64,000 nt of DNA from Candidatus Aenigmatarchaeota archaeon (GTDB lineage Archaea; Aenigmatarchaeota; Aenigmatarchaeia; Aenigmatarchaeales; JACQIB01), in assembly GCA_016198755.1 (NCBI GenBank), contig JACQIB010000003.1, positions 6,767 through 70,766 on the forward strand, written 5' to 3'. Below are positions 19,955-29,758 of this stretch, piece by piece. How positions within the stretch are numbered: position 1 is the stretch's first letter; every line of letters begins with the position of its first letter. The position numbers and the translations under genes are program-made. The notes beneath the pieces were generated by a model. It was not told the DNA's origin and did not search any database. It worked only from the letters and a program-made list of their open reading frames with translations.

Positions 19955-21567
19955 TATATCACATTCAGGTCCAGCTCAAAGGCGATGGCAGGCTTTTCCA
20001 GCCCGAAGTTTTGCAGAAGAGAGGGATGTATCTCGCCGAAAATACCAATAGATTTCCCTTCGGAAAAAACTTCTGCTGCACGGGAATCTATAAAACTCTT
20101 ATGTTCTACAGGTCTTATCTCAATTTTCTTTCCCATAAGCTTGCAGAAGGCTTCCAAGAAAGATTTTATTTCAGTCAGGTTTGCTGTATCATGTGTAACA
20201 ACTGCTGCAATTTTTCTCACGTTTTTATACCCAGTTTCTTCCCCTCCTTTCAAAACACAATCACCAATTTCAAATATCTTCTGCGGGTAGTCCCTGTGTT
20301 TGTTAGGCTCCAAAATCTTTAGCATACCAGGCAAAAGCCATGCACGTGCTGTTTCAAACTCAGAGGAAATAGGATTCTCAATTTTTATTCCCTCACCCTT
20401 TAGTTCCATGCGCTGGAACTGGTTTTTATTTGAAGTAAGCACAAAAGTCAGAATTTCCTGAAATCCCAGTCCAGCCATAACTTCCCTTGCTTTCCTGTTC
20501 ATTTTTGTTTTTTCAAGTATTTTTCCAACAGTTCCAATCCTTGGTATAAACGGCTGTATATTGTTATACCCATAACCTATAGCCACGTCCTCAGCAATAT
20601 CTATCCAGTGCAGTATATCCCCGCGGTATGCCGGAATTGAAACTTCTATAACACCCCCTTTCAGCGCTTTTGCTCCATATCTCATCCTTTCAAGAATAGA
20701 AACAACTTCTTTCTCTTTCAATCCTAACCCAAGGGTTTTGTCTATATCCCCCACAGAAACTTTGATTGTTTCAGTGGAAAAGTTTGGATATTGTTTCCCC
20801 CCAACAGTTACACTCTTTATTTTACCTCCCCTTTCAGCTATTGCAGAAACAACAAGATTCAGGACAAGACTGACAGCTTTCAAGTCAGTTCCAGTAACAT
20901 CCACAAAAATGTTTTTTGTCCCAGCTCCAATCTTTACTCTTTCTGACATTACAATAGGAGGCATTGAAATAACTTTTCCCGCAGAATCCATAAGTATTGG
21001 ATATTTTTTAAATCCTTCCAGCAGCTTCCCATAAGCCTTTCCCTGAGCAGTTTTCTCCAGAATATCCTTCAGTGTAATATCTTTTGTTAAACCTAAGGGA
21101 GTGAACTTAAACTCCTCTGTTTTTTCAGTATAGTTTACAGGAAACTTTATCTTATCCAGATCGTTTATACCCAAAGCAACTTTCATTCTTTTCCTTCCAA
21201 CACCCTCATGCAGTTTTTCCTGCATCTGCACAATACTTTTTATTAGCTGGTCTGTTAGTTTTACACCTTCAATAACAGCACCCAGTATATAGGGGCGTGC
21301 AGAAACTTTCCCAACCTTCAGTTCATATTTACTCTTTTCAACCTTATACTCTGCTAATCCTGTTTCCTTTCCAATAAACCCAAGAACAGCTCTTGCAACA
21401 CCCTCAGTTGAAAGTAAATCAGGTCTGTCTCCTGTTATCTCCAGTTTCCACTTCCCAACCTTTTCATCCACAGAGGCCTTTACCATCTGCAAGACAGCTT
21501 CTAATTCCCCTTCAGGTATCTTGCAAAGTCCAGCCAAATCTTTCTGGTCAACTTCTATTACAGGCAT
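19954..21567 (-). CDS. pheT: Phenylalanyl-tRNA synthetase beta subunit
   Basis: Archaeal B3/4 and B5 domain pattern, 537 aa, immediately downstream of pheS. Confidence 0.9.
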   Translation of the reverse strand: MPVIEVDQKDLAGLCKIPEGELEAVLQMVKASVDEKVGKWKLEITGDRPDLLSTEGVARAVLGFIGKETGLAEYKVEKSKYELKVGKVSARPYILGAVIEGVKLTDQLIKSIVQMQEKLHEGVGRKRMKVALGINDLDKIKFPVNYTEKTEEFKFTPLGLTKDITLKDILEKTAQGKAYGKLLEGFKKYPILMDSAGKVISMPPIVMSERVKIGAGTKNIFVDVTGTDLKAVSLVLNLVVSAIAERGGKIKSVTVGGKQYPNFSTETIKVSVGDIDKTLGLGLKEKEVVSILERMRYGAKALKGGVIEVSIPAYRGDILHWIDIAEDVAIGYGYNNIQPFIPRIGTVGKILEKTKMNRKAREVMAGLGFQEILTFVLTSNKNQFQRMELKGEGIKIENPISSEFETARAWLLPGMLKILEPNKHRDYPQKIFEIGDCVLKGGEETGYKNVRKIAAVVTHDTANLTEIKSFLEAFCKLMGKKIEIRPVEHKSFIDSRAAEVFSEGKSIGIFGEIHPSLLQNFGLEKPAIAFELDLNVI

Positions 21568-22812
21568 TTAAACCACCTTTTGCTGGCGAAGCCAGCCTAA
21601 ATCTTCTGCAAATAGCATTCTAATATCCTCCAATCCCATTTTTAACATAACAAGCCTTGTCAGTCCAATTCCCCATGCTATGACAGGGTTCTTAATTTCC
21701 AAAGCAGCCAAGAGTTCAGGCCTGAACATTCCAGCTCCTGCAGCTTCTACCCACTTTCCCAATTTCGGAAACCATATAGCCATATCCACAGAAGGCTCTG
21801 TAAAGGGATAATAGCTTGGTATAAATTTTACCTTTTCTGAACCAGTGAAAACAACAGCAAATTCTTTCAATATCCCAAGCAATTCTCTTAAGTTAAGCTT
21901 CTCTCCCATTACAATACCATCGCACTGGTCAAACTCAATTAGATGGGTTTTATCCAGCACATCTGGCCTGAAAACCCTGTCTATACAAAACATTTTCTGC
22001 GGCGGGGTTTTATTCTGGTTCAAAAACCTGCCAGAAACAGCTGTTGTGTGCGAGCGCAGCATTAGTTTGGTTGCTCTTTCAGCTGACCATGAATACTGCC
22101 AGCCCTTGCTTCCAGTAATCCAGCCGTTCTCATGAACTTTTTTCACTCTTTCAACCAATCCCTTATCCAACAATTTTCCCCTTCCAGAAACAACAAAGCT
22201 ATCATGTATCTCACGTGCAGGATGGTTCTGGGCTTGGAAAAGAGTATCAAAGTTCCAGAACTCCTCTTCCACAAAAGGTCCAGCAGCTTCCTGGAACCCC
22301 ATCCCAACCAGTATATCCTTTGCCTCTTCTATAGCTTCAATATAGGGCTGCATTTTGCCTGCAAAAACAGCTGGTGCAGGAGTTTTCACATCATATTTCC
22401 TGAACTTTGCCCCTTTCCATGCCCCGGAAATTATCATTTCAGGCGTTAATTGTGCAATCTCTCCCTCTATTGTAACAGCTTTCCTTTTCTCAGTTACAAG
22501 TCCCCTGTCTTCCAGCTGTTTAAGCAAGTTTCCAGAGATATCCCTGCCAACCGAAATCAGTCCCAATGCCTCCTCCAACTCTGTCCTGTTTCCAGCTGCT
22601 CCTCTCCCCTCCTTTGTAAGCTCTAACATGCCTGAAGAAACCTTAATCCAGCCCAGCTTTTTCGCCCAGTTAAAACCAATAGCAGAATCTTCAACTCCCT
22701 TCAGCTCAACAATTTTTACATTTCCATTAAGCAGAAGCTGCAAAAGCCTTCGCTCCGGCAACCCCACCTTTACATATTTTTTCCCTTCTTCTGTTAGCTC
22801 CATACAAATCAC
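21568..22812 (-). CDS. pheS: Phenylalanyl-tRNA synthetase alpha subunit
   Basis: Class II motifs (LRSHTTAVS, FRPD, GAGMFRPE). The likely start is the ATG at 22803, 25 nt downstream of the centre of a TATA-like box. Confidence 0.9.
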   Translation of the reverse strand: MICMELTEEGKKYVKVGLPERRLLQLLLNGNVKIVELKGVEDSAIGFNWAKKLGWIKVSSGMLELTKEGRGAAGNRTELEEALGLISVGRDISGNLLKQLEDRGLVTEKRKAVTIEGEIAQLTPEMIISGAWKGAKFRKYDVKTPAPAVFAGKMQPYIEAIEEAKDILVGMGFQEAAGPFVEEEFWNFDTLFQAQNHPAREIHDSFVVSGRGKLLDKGLVERVKKVHENGWITGSKGWQYSWSAERATKLMLRSHTTAVSGRFLNQNKTPPQKMFCIDRVFRPDVLDKTHLIEFDQCDGIVMGEKLNLRELLGILKEFAVVFTGSEKVKFIPSYYPFTEPSVDMAIWFPKLGKWVEAAGAGMFRPELLAALEIKNPVIAWGIGLTRLVMLKMGLEDIRMLFAEDLGWLRQQKVV

Positions 22813-22820
22813 TGGTTTTT

Positions 22821-22855
22821 ACCAAAATATAAGCATTTTAATTCCTTTAAAACCA
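22821..22855. promoter_or_regulatory. Divergent promoter region (pheS leftward, glycosyltransferase rightward)
   Basis: The minus strand reads AAATGCTTATATTTTGG about 25 nt upstream of the pheS ATG at 22803. The plus strand reads TTCCTTTAAAACC about 26 nt upstream of the ATG at 22875. Confidence 0.4.
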
Positions 22856-22874
22856 AGACTGCAGCAGGATCTGC

Positions 22875-23987
22875 ATGGTCATGGAGTATATAGCAGCACT
22901 GGTTCTTCTAGAGGCCATTATATCTTTCAAGCTCCTCTGGAACTTTCCAAAACTCCCTCCAGCAGGTAAAATACAATACTATCCCATGGTTTCTATAATA
23001 GTTCCTGTCAGGAACGAGATAGACAACATAAAACTGTGCATGGAATCTATACTGAATCTGGACTATCCAAACAAAGAGATAATAGCTGTGGATGGAAGCT
23101 CAACAGACGGTACATACGAATACCTCAAAACCCTGAAAGGCATAAAACTTATACATGAAGAGAGCCTCCCTTCGGGCTGGGTTGGAAAGAATTATGCCTG
23201 TTTTCTGGGTTACAAAGCCTCAAAGGGAGAGTTTCTCCTTTTTACTGATGGTGATACAACCCACCATAAAGACCTGCTAAAAAACAGCATAAGCTATTCT
23301 ATGGAACAGAAAGTTGGTTTATTGACACTTGGACCAAAACTTTTTTACAGAGTCTTCTCTGAAAAAATTATACTTCCCTTTATAGTTGGTGTAATAACTA
23401 CACTTTCAGGCGGCAAAAAAGTAAATGATGACAATTCAGGCAGTTGGATGGCTGACGGTCAGTATATGCTCTTTGACAGGAACGCTTATGAGAAAATTGG
23501 TGGACATGAAAAGGTGAAAGGCAACATGATAGAGGATGTTTCCCTTGCAGGATTGATTAAAACCTCTGGCTTAAGGCTAAGGGTTTTAACAGCTCAGAAC
23601 TATTTTGAGACAAGAATGCACCAGAACTTTTCAGAGCTATTAGAAAGCTGGACTAAAAACTTCTATGCTTTCACAAACCACAGGCCTGCCAAAGCAGCTT
23701 TAATTCTCCTTTATGTTTCAGTATTCTACCTGTTGCCAGCAGCAGTCTTTATCCTCTCCTTCGGTTCTTCCATATGGGCAGGAGTTGCCTATATAATAAG
23801 TCTCGGGAAGATGGCAGCAATCTATAAGGGACTAAGATCCAAGGCAAGATACTCCCCCCTTTATCCAATAGCAGCTTTAGTTTACTTTTTTGCAGGCCTT
23901 ACTTCAACCCTGCGCGGTATCTTTGGCTTAGGTGCTCATTGGAAGGGGAGGGTTTATTCCAGCGAAAAAGTACAGTTCAGTCCCTGA
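22875..23987 (+). CDS. Family 2 glycosyltransferase with C-terminal TM helices
   Basis: VSIIVPVRNE, DGSSTDGT, FTDGDT (DxD-like), C-terminal hydrophobic segments. Confidence 0.8.
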   Translation: MVMEYIAALVLLEAIISFKLLWNFPKLPPAGKIQYYPMVSIIVPVRNEIDNIKLCMESILNLDYPNKEIIAVDGSSTDGTYEYLKTLKGIKLIHEESLPSGWVGKNYACFLGYKASKGEFLLFTDGDTTHHKDLLKNSISYSMEQKVGLLTLGPKLFYRVFSEKIILPFIVGVITTLSGGKKVNDDNSGSWMADGQYMLFDRNAYEKIGGHEKVKGNMIEDVSLAGLIKTSGLRLRVLTAQNYFETRMHQNFSELLESWTKNFYAFTNHRPAKAALILLYVSVFYLLPAAVFILSFGSSIWAGVAYIISLGKMAAIYKGLRSKARYSPLYPIAALVYFFAGLTSTLRGIFGLGAHWKGRVYSSEKVQFSP

Positions 23988-25077
23988 GCATAAACTTATC
24001 CAGAACCTTTTTAGCTTGTTCCCTCTTCCTTTGATGTTCTTTTAAGAAAGTGTTTAATTTGTCTATCAAAATCTGCTTCAATTCCCCAGTAAGCATCTTC
24101 CCAGATTTATAGTCATCGTATATTTTCTTCAGCTTTTTATCATCCTCCTCAAAGAAAGTCAGATACTGATAAGCAATATCTATATCAGGGTTTCCTCCAA
24201 GTTTTCTATGATCTTCAACAGATATTTTGCCTCCGGAAAATGCATGTTTCATGATTTTTTCTTTTATTTCTACAGGAGTATCTGTTGTGTAAATGGCACT
24301 AGTTGGGTCAGAAGCAGACATTTTTCCACCTTCTTTCAGTCCAGGAAGGAATTTGCACAAAAGTGCAGCAGGCTTTGGAAGTCCACTTTTTTCTGCAATA
24401 TCCCTTGCAAGCCGTATAAAAACATCCTGATCAATTGCCACCGGAACCAAAACTGGCAGCTTCATTTTTTCTGATGGATAAAGTATGTGAGCTGCCTGCA
24501 TTGCAGGATAGAATGTTATGCCTATATTGTGTTCATCAGTAAACCCAAAAGCAGACTTAACAGTGCTGTGCGTAAGCTTTTTCGCACATTTCATAGCAAG
24601 ATTATAGACATCCTGATTCATGTTTTTCATATCCACTACTATTTTGGTTTTCTCAGGGTCAAATCCTATAGCAATAACATCCAGCAAATTCTCATCAACA
24701 AATTTTTCAACAGAATCAAAATCCAAGTTTTCTTTGTAAAGGAATTTTTCATCATCTGAAAACGGTATAAAAACAAAGCAGCCAAATATATCCTGCAGCT
24801 CCTTTACAAATTTCATTAGCACAAGATGCCCCAAGTGCATCTTTTCAGAAACACCCCTGCCAGAAACAATAGCAAACTTTTTCTCCCTAAGTATTTTGTC
24901 AAAATCTCTATGTGCGTAAATATAGCCACGCCTCATTAAAAGCGGCATATTTTTGAAGTGCTTCCGTATATTTTCATCTATCAAACTTACTCCGAAATCT
25001 TCCACAAGCTTTTCATAGTCAACCTTTCCCTCAACTTCATACGGTGTTACAACAAACTCTTTTGCCATATCTATCAC
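23977..25077 (-). CDS. trpS: Tryptophanyl-tRNA synthetase (archaeal/eukaryotic type)
   Basis: SGRGVSEKMHLGHLV (HIGH region) and KMSASDP. Confidence 0.85.
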   Translation of the reverse strand: MIDMAKEFVVTPYEVEGKVDYEKLVEDFGVSLIDENIRKHFKNMPLLMRRGYIYAHRDFDKILREKKFAIVSGRGVSEKMHLGHLVLMKFVKELQDIFGCFVFIPFSDDEKFLYKENLDFDSVEKFVDENLLDVIAIGFDPEKTKIVVDMKNMNQDVYNLAMKCAKKLTHSTVKSAFGFTDEHNIGITFYPAMQAAHILYPSEKMKLPVLVPVAIDQDVFIRLARDIAEKSGLPKPAALLCKFLPGLKEGGKMSASDPTSAIYTTDTPVEIKEKIMKHAFSGGKISVEDHRKLGGNPDIDIAYQYLTFFEEDDKKLKKIYDDYKSGKMLTGELKQILIDKLNTFLKEHQRKREQAKKVLDKFMLRD

Positions 25078-25102
25078 TTTGTTCAGCTGGTTTTTAAGCC
25101 TT

Positions 25103-25957
25103 TCAACTCCTGCGTACCTCCTTTCTCATACGTTCTATAGCTTCAAATTTTGAAGCCTTTTCCAGATGCTCTATACTCATTCTTCCAAACTCCTTTGCAC
25201 GTTCCATATCTTTATCGACCCTATACACTGAAGATATTGACAGTTGCATAGCTCTACCTAAATTAAACAGGGCAGAAGCATGGTCTTCAGTTATTCCTAT
25301 TATTGGTCCAACTTCATTCACAGCAAACGATTCCATGGTCGCATATCCTTCTCTAGCTCCTGGCAGATTGTAAGAATCTCTCGAAACTCCAGCAAAAGCA
25401 GCTAAAGAAATTATAGGACAACCTCTAACCCTACTTTTAGGGTCAGGATATTTTATATTACGTTCTCTCAAGAAAACGTCTTCCGGCGTGAAGTCGTAAC
25501 AACCAAAGGCACTGTAATGTGGAGAGAGAGCGTTAGTGTCAAGTCCGTCAACAAGTTTAACATCTCTATCGTCTACAAATCCCCGTCTTTTCAAAACACC
25601 CTCATACTTAGATTTTATGTTTGACTTCACTTCATTTAACATCCTTCTAGATTCATCATCAAGTTTCAATGTAACTATACACAAGTCCCTGAATGCCAGA
25701 ATAAGATCCTTATATAATTCAACAGGGGTTTCATGTTTTAAAGCCGTATCATAGAAACTATCACCAAGATCCTCCATTACTACTGCCGCAAATTCTCCCT
25801 TATTGCACTCTTCTATTATTAATGGCAACACATAGCCTATACCATCCTCCCTGATAGCAGTGTAACCTCGTATGTTATCTTCTATTTCCCTTCTTCCCTT
25901 TCCACCTGCAGCAATCTTTACAACTACATTTAAAGGTGGTTTTGGTGGTATGTACAA
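25103..25957 (-). CDS. Hypothetical protein, possible protein-kinase-like (APH/ChoK) fold with atypical catalytic motif
   Basis: VVKIA (Lys), VMEDLG hinge-like segment, YDFTPEDVFL in place of HxDxxxxN. TTG start; N-terminus uncertain. Confidence 0.35.
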   Translation of the reverse strand: MYIPPKPPLNVVVKIAAGGKGRREIEDNIRGYTAIREDGIGYVLPLIIEECNKGEFAAVVMEDLGDSFYDTALKHETPVELYKDLILAFRDLCIVTLKLDDESRRMLNEVKSNIKSKYEGVLKRRGFVDDRDVKLVDGLDTNALSPHYSAFGCYDFTPEDVFLRERNIKYPDPKSRVRGCPIISLAAFAGVSRDSYNLPGAREGYATMESFAVNEVGPIIGITEDHASALFNLGRAMQLSISSVYRVDKDMERAKEFGRMSIEHLEKASKFEAIERMRKEVRRS

Positions 25958-26101
25958 AGGAAATTCACAATGCGGTCCCTTTACACCCCTGTATACCAGA
26001 GCCCCAGAATTGCCGCTAGAAAACCGTTGGGTTAAGTTTATTCCACGTTCCTTTGCAAATCTATCTACATAAATATCTACTTGCCCAAAGACCTTCCCCT
26101 C

Positions 26102-26338
26102 TCATTTTTCCAACACCCCCAACAGAAACTTGCCAAATGGAGTAATGTATAATGGGCTGTTTCTAACAATTACCCCCTTCTTCTCCAATCCCCGTAGAGT
26201 GTACTTTGCAGTGCTCTCAGGCATTTCCTTCTTTAGCAGGCGCGCTGCAGCTGAGATTGTTAGTCCATCAATATCTTTTAGCTTGTGCAGAACTTGCTTT
26301 TCCCTATGCGACAGAGATAGCTCTAGAAAGACGTTCAA
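26102..26338 (-). CDS. Small winged-helix DNA-binding protein
   Basis: 78 aa. LSHREKQVLHKLKDIDGLTISAAARLL... resembles an HTH segment. TTG start. Confidence 0.5.
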   Translation of the reverse strand: MNVFLELSLSHREKQVLHKLKDIDGLTISAAARLLKKEMPESTAKYTLRGLEKKGVIVRNSPLYITPFGKFLLGVLEK

Positions 26339-26440
26339 CCCCTTGTGCCCAAAGTAAATCCCTCATCTCTGTCACCTCTATTTAATAGTTACTCATGGGT
26401 GATATATAAAGCAGGTGGGCAGGATTTCTGACTAGGAAAG

Positions 26441-26453
26441 AAAGCTTTTATTC
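26441..26453 (+). promoter_or_regulatory. BRE/TATA-like element upstream of glyS
   Basis: AAAGCTTTTATTC, centred about 27 nt upstream of the ATG at 26475. Confidence 0.45.
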
Positions 26454-26459
26454 GCTCGC

Positions 26460-27950
26460 GTGCAAAACAAACCCATGGTTGCAGAGGAAGTAGAGAGTAT
26501 AGCAAAGCGCAGAGGGTTCTTTTGGCCAGCTGCAGAAATTTACAAGCCAATAGCAGGTTTCTGGAACTGGGGGCCGTTGGGAACAAGGCTTAAGGGTAAC
26601 TTTCTTGCTGAGTGGAAAAATATTTTTGTTAGGGGGGAGAATGCATACGAAATAGAGACAACAGATATTTTACCGGAAATAGTTTGGCAGGCCTCAGGCC
26701 ACTCTGAAGGGTTTAATGACAAACAAACAATGTGCAAGAAGTGCAAGAGCAGGTTTAGGGCAGATCATTTTATTGAGGAGTTCTTAAAGGGAAAAGAAAA
26801 GCTTGAAGGAAAGAGCTGTGAGGAGCTGACAGCTATAATAGAGAAAGAAAAGCTGCGCTGTCCCAAATGCAAAGGTACTCTGTCGGAGGTTTTTGTTTTC
26901 AACCTTATGTTTTCTGTTGGTGTGGGACCGACTGGAGAGCAGAAAGCCTATCTGAAGCCAGAAACCACCCAAAGTTCTGTTTTAGACTTTCCAAATGTTT
27001 ACAGGACAATGAGGGGTAAGCTTCCACTGAAGATAGCACAAGTAGGTAGGAGCTTTAGGAATGAGATTTCTCCACGCAACATAATGCTCCGAATGAGGGA
27101 GTTTGATATGGCTGAGCTTCAGGTTTTCTTTAATTCAGAGCAAAAGGAGTTTGCAGGATTTGAGAACATTAGTAAGGAAAACATAAGGATTCTCCCGGCA
27201 GAGCTTAGAAAGGGAAAGGAAGGAAAAGAAGTTGAAGTTAGTATAGAAGGGGCTTTGAAAAAGGGCTGGGTGCCAAATGAGATTACAGCTTACTATTTGG
27301 CAAAGGTCTTCACGTTCTACTTGTCTCTGGGCTTTGAAAGGAAAAACCTGCGCTTTAAAGAGCTTCTGCCAGAGGAAAGAGCCCACTATGCAAAAGTGCA
27401 CTGGGACTTTGAAGTTTATACAGAGGATTTTGGATGGGTTGAGTGTGTGAATAATGCTTGGCGCACAGATTATGACCTTAGCAGGCATCAGCAGTTCTCA
27501 AAGCAAAAGCTGACAGTTTTCGAGGACAACAAACATGTTTTGCCTAACATGTATGAGCCAAGCTTTGGAATTAACAGGACACTTTTCCTGTTGTTGGTTT
27601 CTACCTATAGGAAAGATGAAAAGAGGGTTTGGTTTGCCTTTCCACCTGCGTTAGCTCCATATTCTGTTGCTGTTTTCCCGCTTGTAAAGAAAGATGGAGT
27701 TGATAAGAAAGCTCAGGAGGTTTTTGACCTGCTTAGTAAAGAGGGACTGGAAGTTCTTTATGATGAATCAGACTCTATAGGTAGAAGGTATGCAAGGGTA
27801 GATGAGATAGGCATACCATTTGCTGTAACAGTAGACTATCAGACACTTGAGGACAAAGCTGTGACAGTGAGGTTCAGGGACAGCACGAAGCAGGAGAGGG
27901 TTCCAATAGAAGGCTTGGGCAAGTTTATTAAGTCTGCCGCAAAATTCTGA
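26460..27950 (+). CDS. glyS: Glycyl-tRNA synthetase (alpha2 archaeal/eukaryotic type)
   Basis: RRGFFWP..EIY N-terminus, FRNEISPR motif 2, C-terminal anticodon-binding domain. The probable true start is the ATG at 26475 (MVAEEVE). Confidence 0.9.
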   Translation: MQNKPMVAEEVESIAKRRGFFWPAAEIYKPIAGFWNWGPLGTRLKGNFLAEWKNIFVRGENAYEIETTDILPEIVWQASGHSEGFNDKQTMCKKCKSRFRADHFIEEFLKGKEKLEGKSCEELTAIIEKEKLRCPKCKGTLSEVFVFNLMFSVGVGPTGEQKAYLKPETTQSSVLDFPNVYRTMRGKLPLKIAQVGRSFRNEISPRNIMLRMREFDMAELQVFFNSEQKEFAGFENISKENIRILPAELRKGKEGKEVEVSIEGALKKGWVPNEITAYYLAKVFTFYLSLGFERKNLRFKELLPEERAHYAKVHWDFEVYTEDFGWVECVNNAWRTDYDLSRHQQFSKQKLTVFEDNKHVLPNMYEPSFGINRTLFLLLVSTYRKDEKRVWFAFPPALAPYSVAVFPLVKKDGVDKKAQEVFDLLSKEGLEVLYDESDSIGRRYARVDEIGIPFAVTVDYQTLEDKAVTVRFRDSTKQERVPIEGLGKFIKSAAKF

Positions 27951-27954
27951 TGGT

Positions 27955-29004
27955 ATGAAATACATTTTCATTCTTGGACAGAATGCAGAGCTGAGCAAGG
28001 CTGAGATAAAGGCGCTTGTGCATGATTTTGTAATTATAGATGAGGGGAAAGATTTTCTTTTGGGCGAGACTGCAATGCACTTTGAAATGGGCAGGTTAGG
28101 GGGTACAATAAAGATAGCGGAGCTGTTGGATACGGAATTTGTTCCGGATGGTATGTTTAGTGTTTCAGCTTATCTTCCAAAAAACTCAAAAAAAACGCAG
28201 AAAGAATTTGCTAAAAGTATGAAAGAAAAAGCCAAGGCAGAAGGCAAAAAGAGCAGGTACTTTGAGAGCAGAAAGTCATTTACAACAGCTGTTGAGATTT
28301 TGAAGAAAAATTTGATAGGACGTGAGATTATTTTGGTTCAGGGAAAGAGCCTATACAAAGGGAAAACTATATGGGTCTATGATCCATTTTCCTTCAAACT
28401 GAGGGATACAGGCAGGCCAATGCAGAGACCAGCTCAGTCAATGCCAATTTCACTCGCTAAAATAATGGTAAATCTTTCCGGAGCTGAAGCTAATGATACT
28501 GTGCTAGACCCGTTTTGTGGGTATGGAACAATAGTGCAGGAGGTTGTTGCAGCAGGGTTTAATGCAGTTGGTTCTGATATTGACGGGAAAGCAATAACTG
28601 CTGCAACTGAAAACTTAAGGTGGTTTTCTGAGAAGTTCACTCCTGTTGGTACATGGAAGCTGGATATTTCTGATAGCAGGGAACTTTCTGAGCACTTCCA
28701 GCCAGATAGTATATCAGCAATTATAACAGAGCCTTTCCTAGGGCCACCCTTAACTGGAAAAGAAACAGAAGAACATCTCAGGTCTGTTTTCTCAGATCTA
28801 TCCTCCCTATATACAGGGTTTTTTTCAGAAGCAAACAAAATACTCAGGCTAGGGGGAAAGATTGTTATAACACTCCCATTTTTCAAAGGTATCAATACTG
28901 TTGCAGCTCCAGTTACACAGAAAAACATGAAGCTGTTAGAGAGCTTTACAATAGACGGGAAAACAAGGTTAACTAGGATTTTAAGGGTTTATCAAAAGGT
29001 GTGA
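27955..29004 (+). CDS. Class I SAM-dependent RNA methyltransferase (UPF0020/Trm11-like)
   Basis: SAM motif DPFCGYGTIVQE; catalytic-loop analogue ITEPFLG. Confidence 0.65.
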   Translation: MKYIFILGQNAELSKAEIKALVHDFVIIDEGKDFLLGETAMHFEMGRLGGTIKIAELLDTEFVPDGMFSVSAYLPKNSKKTQKEFAKSMKEKAKAEGKKSRYFESRKSFTTAVEILKKNLIGREIILVQGKSLYKGKTIWVYDPFSFKLRDTGRPMQRPAQSMPISLAKIMVNLSGAEANDTVLDPFCGYGTIVQEVVAAGFNAVGSDIDGKAITAATENLRWFSEKFTPVGTWKLDISDSRELSEHFQPDSISAIITEPFLGPPLTGKETEEHLRSVFSDLSSLYTGFFSEANKILRLGGKIVITLPFFKGINTVAAPVTQKNMKLLESFTIDGKTRLTRILRVYQKV

Positions 29005-29630
29005 GTATGGGACTGGAAGAGTATTGGTCTGTGAGGATAATAGCAATAACAGCTGTTGTTTTTGTTTTACAGATGGTTTTCCCATGGATAACAAACAATT
29101 TTGCACTAAACTCTGCAGAAGCCCTTGGAAAGCCATGGGAATTTGTAACTCATATGTTTCTGCATGGTGGATTTGAGCATATATTTTACAATATGTTTGC
29201 TCTTGGATTGTTTGGTATTATACTGGAAAAACTTATAGGAGGGAAAAGGTTTATGTTTATTTACTTTGTGGGTGGTGTTATAGCTGGTATAGCAGCTTTC
29301 CTGTTTTACCCTTCAGCTATAGGTGCTTCGGGAGCTGTATTTGCTATAATGGGAACATTGGCTGTGCTAAGGCCCAAGTTAACTGTATTTGTTTTCGGTA
29401 TACCAATGCCAATGATAGTGGCTTCGGCAGTATGGATAGCAATAGATATTTTCGGCGTATTTTTTCCAGCAGGCACAGCAAACACAGCACATTTAGCAGG
29501 TCTGTTCTTTGGATTTATTATAGGATTTTTACTAAGAAAGCAGTTTGGTGAACCTTTGTTCAGTGAGAAAGGAAAGCAGGCTTTTACAGACAGAGAATTT
29601 AATAGATGGGAAAACAGATGGATGCACTAA
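29001..29630 (+). CDS. Rhomboid-family intramembrane serine protease
   Basis: Six TM helices, catalytic GASGAVFAIMG and downstream AHLAG His. Confidence 0.85.
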   Translation: MSMGLEEYWSVRIIAITAVVFVLQMVFPWITNNFALNSAEALGKPWEFVTHMFLHGGFEHIFYNMFALGLFGIILEKLIGGKRFMFIYFVGGVIAGIAAFLFYPSAIGASGAVFAIMGTLAVLRPKLTVFVFGIPMPMIVASAVWIAIDIFGVFFPAGTANTAHLAGLFFGFIIGFLLRKQFGEPLFSEKGKQAFTDREFNRWENRWMH

Positions 29631-29758
29631 TGATAGGCAATTTTCAGTTTTCTCTTGCAGAATTTACATATCTTTTGTTTCAGCCCTTTCCAGTGCACAT
29701 TTGTAAGCCTTCCAACTTTTTTTATAGACTCTCCACATCTATCACAAATAGTCTGCAC
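29627..29758 (-). CDS. Possible 43-aa zinc-ribbon protein, not in the ORF track
   Basis: VQTICDRCGESIKKVGRLTNVHWKGLKQKICKFCKRKLKIAYH, with two CxxC pairs. Its GTG start overlaps the TAG of the upstream CBS gene by 1 nt. Confidence 0.35.
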   Translation of the reverse strand: MQTICDRCGESIKKVGRLTNVHWKGLKQKICKFCKRKLKIAYH

